From positions 1 to 48,741 of the forward strand of contig JAUQYZ020000022.1 of NCBI GenBank assembly GCA_030587475.2: 48,741 nucleotides of DNA, in the 5' to 3' direction. This DNA is from Candidatus Sigynarchaeum calidifontis. GTDB lineage: Archaea > Asgardarchaeota > Lokiarchaeia > Sigyniarchaeales > Sigyniarchaeaceae. The position numbers were made by a program, and so were the translations under genes. Positions 10,279 to 18,781 of the stretch are shown piece after piece; positions within the stretch are counted from its first letter, which is position 1, and the number at the start of each line of letters is the position of its first letter. The notes below the pieces were generated by a model. It worked only from the letters and a program-made list of their open reading frames with translations, made no database searches and had not been told where the DNA came from.

Positions 10279-10301
10279 ACCAACTTATCTTGAAAGTTGG
10301 T
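10279..10301. promoter_or_regulatory. Perfect 8-bp inverted repeat, candidate operator
   Basis: ACCAACTT-N7-AAGTTGGT just upstream of the ATG at 10334. Confidence 0.4.
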
Positions 10302-10333
10302 CGACTAATCACTCTATATAATTGGTGATCGAA

Positions 10334-11065
10334 ATGAACACGCATATAAAATGCACATTCTTCCTTAGCATTTTTTTGCTCAGCGTGGTGGCGCTCACGG
10401 GCACGAGCATGGCCCTCGAACCGTCCTAGGTCCACTGGAACACGACCCCATCCCTTCCCGGCGAGGGTATCCTCGATGATTTCATGGGCAAGGTCGACGG
10501 CGTGCTCGACAACGTCGTGAAAGCCAACATCACGGGCACGAACATCTATTACTACAACAACACGTTCGGCCCGTCGATCCGGACCCGGGACACGTTCGTG
10601 TCCCCGATGACCAATTCTACAACATTCTCGCTTTCGGGAACCAACTTGTCAACGTCGTTGCTGCTGGTTTCCTACCTGAACCGCTTGAACGGGAACCTTT
10701 CCGCGCTTATCCCGAACATCGCAGCAGCGAGCGGGTTGATCGTGAGTTCCTTCACACCATGGAAGAATATAATCGCAAAGGAGTGGTTCGGCATCAACGC
10801 GACCTATGGCGGCATGGCGATCAATCAGGGAAACCTCATGCGTGTCCAATATCGAGTCAAGCAGTGCATCCGCGACGCCCGATGTATTGCAGCACTTGCT
10901 GGCGATATGCAGCGAGCTGGTCTCGAAGAACAAGGTCATCAAGCTCGATCGGCTCTACAACATCGCCCGCCGCGAGATGCATGTCGATGCAGCGGCGATC
11001 CTCAACGGCATCAAGCGGCTCGAGGACGACTTGATCATCAAAGCGGATTCCAAGCTGCTTCGTAG
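10334..11065 (+). pseudogene. Interrupted secreted/surface protein gene (signal peptide, in-frame TAG, then Asn/Thr/Ser-rich extracellular-type sequence)
   Basis: GGTGAT SD-like motif then ATG 10334 (MNTHIKCTFFLSIFLLSVVALTGTSMALEPS); TAG at 10427-10429; same frame continues into ORF 10484..11065, which loses protein-like character after about 10850. Confidence 0.6.
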
Positions 11066-11558
11066 TGGCTTGCTGCAAAACGACACGCGGCGGGAACTTT
11101 ATGCCATCATCACGCGGAATCCCGGCATCTCCTTCAACCAGATACGCCGCCAGATGGGCAAGGGGACGAAGCTCTTGATCTGGCACGTCGAGGTCCTCAC
11201 CGATTTCGGTTGCATACGAGCATACACGTTCGGGACGAGCACGAAGGCATATTTCTCGCGGCATATCGACGAGGCGGAATGGGGACGGGATGGCCTTTAC
11301 ATGTTCCAGCTCTACCAGAACCCGACCGTGAAGACGATCCTCGACATGTTATCGGAAGGGAAATCATTCTCGGTCAAGCAGATCGAGCACAGGCTCGGCG
11401 TCTCCCGCCAGCTCGTCGAGTATCACTTGAAAAAGCTTCAGGACCAGCACGTGATCGATGCCATCGACGAGGAACCGCGGCTCTACTTCCTCGTCGAAAT
11501 GCAGCGCCGCGTGTTTCTCAAGTGCAAGGAATATTTCGCAGCGCGTGCGATGGCTTGA
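10806..11558 (+). CDS. Multi-winged-helix transcriptional regulator (COG3398/ArsR-like, archaeal)
   Basis: LLQNDTRRELYAIITRNPGISFNQIRRQMG...LIWHVEVLTDFGCI and SVKQIEHRLGVSRQLVEYHLKKLQD; true start uncertain. Confidence 0.8.
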   Translation: MAAWRSIRETSCVSNIESSSASATPDVLQHLLAICSELVSKNKVIKLDRLYNIARREMHVDAAAILNGIKRLEDDLIIKADSKLLRSGLLQNDTRRELYAIITRNPGISFNQIRRQMGKGTKLLIWHVEVLTDFGCIRAYTFGTSTKAYFSRHIDEAEWGRDGLYMFQLYQNPTVKTILDMLSEGKSFSVKQIEHRLGVSRQLVEYHLKKLQDQHVIDAIDEEPRLYFLVEMQRRVFLKCKEYFAARAMA

Positions 11559-11573
11559 TGGAATTATTCCCCA

Positions 11574-13025
11574 TCATTTCTTTTTACTAGCCGCTGGCTT
11601 TTTCACGGGCTTGGCCGGCTTGGCCGGCTTGGCGGGTTTTTCTTGCTGCACAAGCGCATCCGAACGTGTTTGCGGTTTTTCCTCTTCAACGCGGCTAACC
11701 GCTTGCGGTGTGATCCCTTGTGGTGTCGTGTCTGGAACTGGCGGTTTCGCGGGATTCGGTGCCGGCCACGGGTCATTCTCTGGTTCCACGGGCTCCGACT
11801 TGGCCTTCGGTATTGGCGGTTCTGCACGTGCCGTTTTTTGCTCTTTGACACCTGCCTCGCTTGTCCTCGTCTCTTGCCCCTCGGTATTTTTAGCGTGTTT
11901 GAAAATGCCCTTTGGGAATAAGCCTTTCACGAACCTGGCGACCTGGTGGGCGATGCTTCGCGGGTTGACGCGCCACCAGTTCTTGTCGATGGCCGTCTTG
12001 AAGATGTCTGCCGTGATCGCTTGCATGGGCCCCGCGAACCGGGCGACTTCCCCGCGCCATTTCTCGAGGGGTTGCCGGAGTTCGGTCTCTGCACGGTTGA
12101 TGTAAGCCAGCAGTTTCTCGTGCAATATATCAAGGTCCTTGCGGGTGATAAGCGCGACGGTGATGTATTTCCCGTATTCAAGAAGGATCTTCTTGTCCTC
12201 GTGGTCGAGCACCTTGAGTTTCTTTTCCGAATTGATCATTTCCTTGATGATGCCGATCACGCCGGTCACGCCCGAGCTGAATAGATCTGCCGACACGCCT
12301 TGCATCTCCCTTCCCGTCTTGAGGAGGGTCTCGTCGTGGATGCACGCGCTCGTGTCGATGTGAAAGGCGAAAATGTGGAGCAAGTAGTCCATCCAATGAA
12401 CTTCCTCGAGCATGGGTATGCGAACGCATGCAAGGGCGATGAAAGCCAATCCGATAATGACAACGGCCACCGAGATAGGTCTTGGAACTAATTGCTTGGC
12501 AAGCTCCGCGCTGAGCGCGTAGCCTAGCCCGTAGAAAACAAAGCCGATGAACAGCGTGAAAAACCTCTTCCGAACCGATCCGGTGACCATGGCCATGAGC
12601 CGAAAGAGGAACGCTATGACGAACAATATCAACGCCGATGCAAAGATGTAATAGAGATGGCGGAGAACATCGATGGTGAGGAACAACACAATGCATGATA
12701 CGGCGAGAAAGGCAATCGTGAACACGTAATGCGTTTTCCGGAGCAAGTATTCAGCGGCATACATGAACACGGCCATGGCCAGGAACGCGAAAAATGCCGC
12801 GGAAATGTAATACGTCGCATTCTTCGGGGATTCGAAATCCCAGAATATTAACAAGACCCGGGTGATCCCAAAACACAAGTAGGCGAGACCGAGGATTGAA
12901 ATGTGCCGGGTCTTTTGAGGCTTCCATTTCAAGATAAAAAACACGAACAGCTCGAAATCGATGAACGCCTCGATGCAATACATTGCATAAAGAAAAGGAT
13001 CATTAACCGTGAAAGCCATGATCAT
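11574..13025 (-). CDS. 7TM membrane protein fused to a longin-like domain and a Pro/Lys-rich tail
   Basis: Seven TM helices, then LHIFAFHIDTSACIH...DLFSSGVTGVIGIIKEM...LKVLDHEDKKILLEYGKYITVALIT...LHEKLLAYINRAE (longin-like beta/alpha pattern), then a low-complexity KPAKPAKPAKPVKK tail. Start at ATG 13025 or 13019. Confidence 0.75.
   Translation of the reverse strand: MIMAFTVNDPFLYAMYCIEAFIDFELFVFFILKWKPQKTRHISILGLAYLCFGITRVLLIFWDFESPKNATYYISAAFFAFLAMAVFMYAAEYLLRKTHYVFTIAFLAVSCIVLFLTIDVLRHLYYIFASALILFVIAFLFRLMAMVTGSVRKRFFTLFIGFVFYGLGYALSAELAKQLVPRPISVAVVIIGLAFIALACVRIPMLEEVHWMDYLLHIFAFHIDTSACIHDETLLKTGREMQGVSADLFSSGVTGVIGIIKEMINSEKKLKVLDHEDKKILLEYGKYITVALITRKDLDILHEKLLAYINRAETELRQPLEKWRGEVARFAGPMQAITADIFKTAIDKNWWRVNPRSIAHQVARFVKGLFPKGIFKHAKNTEGQETRTSEAGVKEQKTARAEPPIPKAKSEPVEPENDPWPAPNPAKPPVPDTTPQGITPQAVSRVEEEKPQTRSDALVQQEKPAKPAKPAKPVKKPAASKKK
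11608..11634. repeat. 9-bp tandem repeat x3 (GGCTTGGCC/G) encoding (KPA)n
   Basis: ggcttggcc ggcttggcc ggcttggcg seen directly. Confidence 0.8.
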
Positions 13026-13085
13026 CACGGTATGAGATGACTCCCGCATAATAAAGGGCAATGGCATGTCGTGGAGCGATGAACG

Positions 13086-13877
13086 ATGAAGATCGACAAG
13101 AAACAACTCAAGACGGTTCAGCAAATCGATGGAACGGGAATCGGGACCCCTCACAAAGGCGAATTAAACACCATCGGCGAGTTCGTGAAGGAGCTGATGC
13201 CGCGCATACCCGAGAGCAAGGTGAAAGGCGTGGTGGAGCAGCAAATGGGCGGGTCCATGGACGATCTCGGGTTCGGAGAGACATTCTCCATGAGCTTCGA
13301 ATATTTTCCAGGCGTCCGGATCCATGTCGTTTACTTCAAGGCAGACACGACCGAGGAAGACGACATGCTCGCGGAAGCCGATGTCAAGTTTTTCTTCTCG
13401 GGTGAAGTCGTCTCCATGGTATCCAGCGAGGACCTGGCAGGTTTCGCGGACTTGACCATGGATTACTTGCAAGATCTTGCCATTGGAAAGCAAGCGATCG
13501 TGCCAGACGAGCCGTCAGACTTGCTGCAGCGATCGATCCTACAGCGGATGGAACCTTTCGGCCTCTTGAAGCGGGAAGATTTACCTGCCCTCGCTGCGTT
13601 CATCGGGGGCAAACTCACGGCTACCGACCTCGAGTGGCAACTCACCAAGACCTACTTCCCGGGCATCACGCTCGTCATGAAATACGACGGGAAGCGGATC
13701 GCCTTCGAGTTCACGGGTGAGAACGTCGGGCGCATGAACGCCCACGCGAAAGACGAGCTCGCCATCTTCATGCTCAATCATGGCCTCCGGTTCATCGGGA
13801 TCACGTATGAATCCTTGAAGATGCCAACCATCGTCGAGCAAGCGTTCTCTTTCTCGTACTTGCGAAAGAAAAAATGA
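13086..13877 (+). CDS. DUF3786-like protein, apparently two tandem copies of the domain
   Basis: MGG...FEYFPGVRIHVVY...VKFFFSG..VSSEDLA and IGG...KTYFPGITLVMKY...FEFTG resemble the DUF3786 pattern. Confidence 0.55.
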   Translation: MKIDKKQLKTVQQIDGTGIGTPHKGELNTIGEFVKELMPRIPESKVKGVVEQQMGGSMDDLGFGETFSMSFEYFPGVRIHVVYFKADTTEEDDMLAEADVKFFFSGEVVSMVSSEDLAGFADLTMDYLQDLAIGKQAIVPDEPSDLLQRSILQRMEPFGLLKREDLPALAAFIGGKLTATDLEWQLTKTYFPGITLVMKYDGKRIAFEFTGENVGRMNAHAKDELAIFMLNHGLRFIGITYESLKMPTIVEQAFSFSYLRKKK

Positions 13878-13963
13878 ATTCTTACCTTGTCCCCCGGCCA
13901 GAATATTATCACGGTTGAGGATCGGCTTTTATCCCACCGAGGCGCCTCCTTCGCGAGATCATT

Positions 13964-15490
13964 ATGGTCGAGAAAACCATCACGGAGCCGGCGAGAGATA
14001 TTCCCGTGTTGCGGGAAGTAGACGTGCTTGTCATCGGTGGCTCGCAATCCGGTGTCGCAGCAGCTGTTGCAGCGAAACGAGCGAACCCGGAAGCAAAAGT
14101 AATGCTCGTCGAACAAAATGGATTTCTTGGCGGGCAGAGCGTCGGTGGCATGGTCGTGCATTGGGAATTCCGGGAGTATACGAACAACAAGGGCCAGGTC
14201 ATCACGCGCGGGATTGGCAAGGAGATGATCCGGCGCATCGTGGCAAAGGGGCACAGCGACCCGCTGTTCAGCAAGTGGCTTTCGGGCCAAGGGCCACCAT
14301 TCAAGGACGTCCCGGATGGACGAGCTCACGCGGATATCCCCCTGGACGTTAACGACATCCAGCTGGTGCTCGCCGAAATGCTGGAAGAAGCTGGCGTGGA
14401 AGTATTGCTCCATGCCCGCGCGTGCGGTGCCTTGCCGCTCGATAGATCGACCGGTTTTCCCGCGAGCCGGGGCGCGTTCGTGGAAACTATCAACGGGCGC
14501 GTGGCGATCACGGCAAGATGCGTGGTCGATTGCTCCTCCTTCGCAGACATGGCATGGTGGATCGGGGGCAAGAAGAGTGTCATCGTGCCTGAAAAACAAG
14601 CCATGGGCATGCAATCGTATGCGTGGATCGACAACGTTGACCTGGAAAAATTTGTCAAGGAAGGCGTATGGCCCGGTTCGTTCTCGATGCTCTACCCGTC
14701 TGACAAGCAGCAGATCTGGGATCACGTCGTGCAAGGGAAAACGTTCATCGTGCGCGGGTTTGCCGACATCATCGACAAGGCCTACGAGGCGGAACCCGAT
14801 CTGGTCGAAGCATACGAGAAAACCGGCGCAACGCCCGTGATATACTTCTGGTTGAAGCCGGTACGGATACGGAAGGTCGAATGCGGGGGCAAGACGAAAT
14901 ATCTCGGCACGTTTGCGATCGAGGGACCGAGCTTCCACTGGAAGCAAGTCGATCCGATGCTCGTGTCAAGGGCTGAGCTCAGCCAGATCAAGGCAGTGGA
15001 GATCTTGACCCGTATGCACCGGTATTTGCCGGGTTGGGAGCATGCAATGCTCGACCGCACGACCACCAAGATCGGCTTCCGCCAGACCCGTATCCCCATC
15101 GGTCTTTACGCGCTCACCAGTAATGACGTGTTCGGCCACGCCAAGTTCGAGGACGTCATCGGACGAAACACGGGTCACGATGTCGGTCGCGGCAACTTCG
15201 AAGCGGAATATGGTTACGATATCCCCTACCGGTGCCTCGTCCCCGCCGAGATCGATGGGCTCTTGTTCGGGGCGAGGTGCATCAGCGTCGAGCCGGACAC
15301 GGCCGACGAGTCGTTGACGGCGCTCAACGCGCACAGGGGTATAACGGCGACGATCGTCGTGAGCCAGGCATCCGGCGTGGCGGCGGCTTTGTGTGTGAAG
15401 TACAACGTGGAACCACGTGCACTCGACATTAAAAAATTGCAAGCCGAGTTATTACGTCAGGAGGTCGTGCTCGAAACGCCCCGCGATTGA
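13964..15490 (+). CDS. FAD-dependent oxidoreductase (PF12831-like)
   Basis: DVLVIGGSQSGVAAAVAA, LVEQNGFLGG, YDIPYRCLVP..IDGLLFGARCIS, QASGVAAAL. Confidence 0.9.
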   Translation: MVEKTITEPARDIPVLREVDVLVIGGSQSGVAAAVAAKRANPEAKVMLVEQNGFLGGQSVGGMVVHWEFREYTNNKGQVITRGIGKEMIRRIVAKGHSDPLFSKWLSGQGPPFKDVPDGRAHADIPLDVNDIQLVLAEMLEEAGVEVLLHARACGALPLDRSTGFPASRGAFVETINGRVAITARCVVDCSSFADMAWWIGGKKSVIVPEKQAMGMQSYAWIDNVDLEKFVKEGVWPGSFSMLYPSDKQQIWDHVVQGKTFIVRGFADIIDKAYEAEPDLVEAYEKTGATPVIYFWLKPVRIRKVECGGKTKYLGTFAIEGPSFHWKQVDPMLVSRAELSQIKAVEILTRMHRYLPGWEHAMLDRTTTKIGFRQTRIPIGLYALTSNDVFGHAKFEDVIGRNTGHDVGRGNFEAEYGYDIPYRCLVPAEIDGLLFGARCISVEPDTADESLTALNAHRGITATIVVSQASGVAAALCVKYNVEPRALDIKKLQAELLRQEVVLETPRD

Positions 15491-16003
15491 TCTTTTTTTT
15501 TTACACGCGCTTTGCTGCCGCCCCGGGTTCATTCGTTTACCCGCGCAATCCATGAAACAACGGGACCCTGCTCGTGGTAGGGAGGAGATTTCCGGGTGCT
15601 TCATGATGACAACCAGCAAGTCACGATCGTAGCGCGTGTACACGAGCGTGTCGCCATCCAAGGCTTCTTGAATAAAGATCGCTAACGCCTAACGTTAACG
15701 ATCCTAGCCAGCGATGGCTCCCTGGCAGTCGCGTTCGATGGGATAATACTTGCGACCTTCGATCTCGCAGCCGTGGGCCTGGATGATGGCATTCCGGTTT
15801 TCATCGGGTATGGCTGGATGATCTTTGCCATATATTCCGTGGAACCGCGCAGGTGCCGGGGCTAAGATACATGTTCAACCAGTCCCCGGAACTGATCGAA
15901 GTGGGGGTTGGACCTTGCAACCCTTCGCGCAAGCTCGTTGTTCGAAGGCGACTTCTCACAATTGCATGGTCGCGGTTCCGGCGAGGTCCTTTTCGAGCGC
16001 CAT
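15452..16003 (-). pseudogene. Probable degraded gene remnant
   Basis: GGTGGTGA SD-like motif + ATG 16003; protein-like pieces (GIYGKDHPAIPDENRNAIIQAHG; IQEALDGDTLVYTRYDRDLLVVIM) interrupted by TGA at 15956-58 and 15875-77 and by TAG codons. Confidence 0.25.
15493..15502 (+). terminator. Oligo-T archaeal terminator
   Basis: T10 run immediately after the stop at 15490. Confidence 0.6.
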
Positions 16004-16064
16004 CGATTATCACCACCTTAGGTCGAGACGAGAGAAATCAAGAAAAAAAGGCGCGTGGCCGGCT

Positions 16065-18611
16065 TCATTGATTGGATTTCTTTATGAACAGCGGGCTAAT
16101 GTTGTCCGATGCGGTCTCCTCGTTCAAATCGAGCTTCTCGTAGATCTCGTTGTAGACCTGGTTGATCTTGGAGGCGAACTCAGTGTCCTTGGATCCTTCC
16201 AGCTTGAACAAGTCATTGAATTCCGCCACGACCTGGATCTTCTCGATGCTGACCAGCTTGCCGATGTTCGTGTCGATGATCTGCTGCATGAGGTTGATGT
16301 CCTTGCCCATGTCGAGGCGCATCTCGTTCACGATGCGGGATAGTTCGGCGAGGTCTTGCGCCCTGGCAGGATCCTTGATCAGCGTGCCATCCGGCAGCGT
16401 GTATATGTCAGACCTGGCGTTGGCCGCATCCTTGATGATGACGGGAACGAGTTTCTCCGCGTAATCCATGAGCTTCGCGCGCATGGCGTCGTGCTCGTAG
16501 ATCAAGTCGGGCGTGGCGATCTTGATCAAGCCTAGCATCTTCGACTTTAGGTCGGCGTGCGCTGCGATGTTTCCCGCAATGGCCACGAGCAGCTGGCGCT
16601 TGATGATGTTCAAGTTTTTCATGCGACCCTTGAGCTTGTCGATCATGTAGAGAATGCCTTCCAAGGGCGAATAGAGGTAATTGCACGTGATCTCGAATTC
16701 CTTCGCGAGACTTTCGATCAGCCGATCATCGATGCGGGATTCGCCCTTTTCCATCAGCTTCAAGAACCGGTCGATGGACATGTCGACCACTTGCACGGAT
16801 CCTTGCAGCGTCTTGTGGATGCGTTCCGCCAGGTCGACGAGGGCGTTTTCCACGATGTAAAAGTAGATCATGTTGCGCAGCTCGGCGCCCTTGACCAGGC
16901 CCTCGCCCAGCGCGGCGAGGATATAGTACCGGTCAAAGATCTCCCTCGGGCCGAGAAACTCGTTCACGAGTTCCACGTGGCTATACCGGTCCTGGCTGTT
17001 GAACAAGAAGAGCAAGCCGCGAAAGATGTACGTGTAATACCGCAATTCGTCCTGGCGGAAAGGCTGTCGCGGCGCGGTGCCGATGCCGTTGTTGATGCGC
17101 TCCATGTTGATGAAATTTCCCACTTGAACGCAAGACTGCCAGAGCACCTCGTTCTTGTAGCTGAGGCCCTTGTCCACGGTGGAGCGAATGAAGGAGGGGA
17201 ACGAAACGAACACGTTTTTGAACTTGAACAGCTCCAGCAAATAGTTCTTGAGCGTGTCGACCGGGAAATCGGGAAAATGATGACCCAGCTCTTCGGCGAG
17301 CAAGTCGAACGAGAACGGCAAGTTCATGGAGAATTTCAGCACGTCGTCCAGCTTGTCCCTGCTTGTTGCGAATATACGGCACGTTTCCTCGAGGATGGCG
17401 TTCTCGAAAACGTTATCCCCGAAGTTTTCCATCAGCCGGAAAAATTCCTCGAGCCCAGGTGGCGGCTCGCCCACGTTTTTCTTGACGATCGCGTGCAAAT
17501 AGGTTTCCTTGTTATACAATGCGAGCTCGGCCAGGTGACAGAAGCGCGTTCTCGCCTCCTTTAATAATTCCGGGTCTTGCAGTTCCCTCTTGATGCGTTC
17601 CTTGTGAGCAGGATCGGCTGGAGGGAAGAAGAGCGTCGCGCCCGTGGGGCTGCCGAGGATGTACTGGAGCGGGACCTTTTTCTTTTTCTCCTTGAACTTG
17701 TCGCCGAGATACGTCATGTCGTGGGGATCGAGCAAGAAAACTGAGGGCTCCGGATCCATCGTTGCATCGACGATGAGATAGATCATGGCGTTGAAGACCA
17801 CGGGGATGCCAGCCCTGCTTCCCGTGCTGGTAAAATAGTTCTTGACCTTGTTGTAGAAAACTTCGGCGAACTGGCGACGATCCTCTTCGTATGCCTTCTT
17901 GTCATATTCATAAGAGAAGAGCTGGGACACCGTAGTCATCTGGCCGCCGACCTTCACGGGTCTCGAGCGACAATCGTCCACCGCGATTTTTGACCTGAGC
18001 TTGTCGAACTCGGGCCCCTTGAGGATGTATCCCTTTCCCTCGTAATCGCGGGCGTATATCTGGGCCCCCGTGTATTCCTTGTCACCGACCTTGTATATCT
18101 TGTATTTTGACTCCTCGATCACGCAAGCCAAGTGGGTTTGGCGGGCGTCCTTGCACTCTTGCGATGCCTCGATGTATTTTCCTCCCTCGTTGGCGAATAG
18201 CTGCTCGACGTTCATGGTGCGGGTGCCGCCGATGCACACGGACATGAGCGCGGGATAGTACATTACATCGTTGAATACGTCGGAAAACGGCTTGATGTCG
18301 AACACGTACGCGGCCATGTCCTCGAGCTGCGTGAACTCGCCGAACCTAAGCATTGACTCCGGCGTGAGGTTGGCAATTTCACCCTCCCTTTCCTTGAAGG
18401 CCCTGGCTTTCTTGCGCAAGTACAGCTGGAGCGTGTAGAGCGGGACCTCCACGTCGCAGTACTGGCGGAGAAACATCTGCAGCACGTTGTACCCGCACTG
18501 CCAACGTTCCTTGGAGTGCCCGGCCATCACGTCGTAGATTTTTTTATATCCTTCCCAGCGCAGCAAGTCTGGATCTTGCACCGGGGCTGGTTTTGCAGAC
18601 GGGCTGCTCAT
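16065..18611 (-). CDS. Large (848 aa) mainly alpha-helical hypothetical protein
   Basis: Long ORF with host-like codon usage; T7 run on the minus strand downstream (16043-16049); no recognised motif. Confidence 0.85.
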   Translation of the reverse strand: MSSPSAKPAPVQDPDLLRWEGYKKIYDVMAGHSKERWQCGYNVLQMFLRQYCDVEVPLYTLQLYLRKKARAFKEREGEIANLTPESMLRFGEFTQLEDMAAYVFDIKPFSDVFNDVMYYPALMSVCIGGTRTMNVEQLFANEGGKYIEASQECKDARQTHLACVIEESKYKIYKVGDKEYTGAQIYARDYEGKGYILKGPEFDKLRSKIAVDDCRSRPVKVGGQMTTVSQLFSYEYDKKAYEEDRRQFAEVFYNKVKNYFTSTGSRAGIPVVFNAMIYLIVDATMDPEPSVFLLDPHDMTYLGDKFKEKKKKVPLQYILGSPTGATLFFPPADPAHKERIKRELQDPELLKEARTRFCHLAELALYNKETYLHAIVKKNVGEPPPGLEEFFRLMENFGDNVFENAILEETCRIFATSRDKLDDVLKFSMNLPFSFDLLAEELGHHFPDFPVDTLKNYLLELFKFKNVFVSFPSFIRSTVDKGLSYKNEVLWQSCVQVGNFINMERINNGIGTAPRQPFRQDELRYYTYIFRGLLFLFNSQDRYSHVELVNEFLGPREIFDRYYILAALGEGLVKGAELRNMIYFYIVENALVDLAERIHKTLQGSVQVVDMSIDRFLKLMEKGESRIDDRLIESLAKEFEITCNYLYSPLEGILYMIDKLKGRMKNLNIIKRQLLVAIAGNIAAHADLKSKMLGLIKIATPDLIYEHDAMRAKLMDYAEKLVPVIIKDAANARSDIYTLPDGTLIKDPARAQDLAELSRIVNEMRLDMGKDINLMQQIIDTNIGKLVSIEKIQVVAEFNDLFKLEGSKDTEFASKINQVYNEIYEKLDLNEETASDNISPLFIKKSNQ

Positions 18612-18682
18612 TCGATCACGCGGGATTCTCTAGTCATATCATGGCGCAAGGTTTTTTATTCATTTCAAACACGTTGCATACA

Positions 18683-18711
18683 AGTATCTAGCGCCTCGTT
18701 TCCTAGATACT
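18683..18711. promoter_or_regulatory. Perfect 9-bp inverted repeat in a divergent promoter region
   Basis: AGTATCTAG-N11-CTAGATACT between the 848-aa gene and fba. Confidence 0.45.
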
Positions 18712-18781
18712 ACGAAACGTGGTTCGATATCGCAATACTGATGGCTTCCAGAAATATCTCCTTGCACGGAGCTAGATCGAA

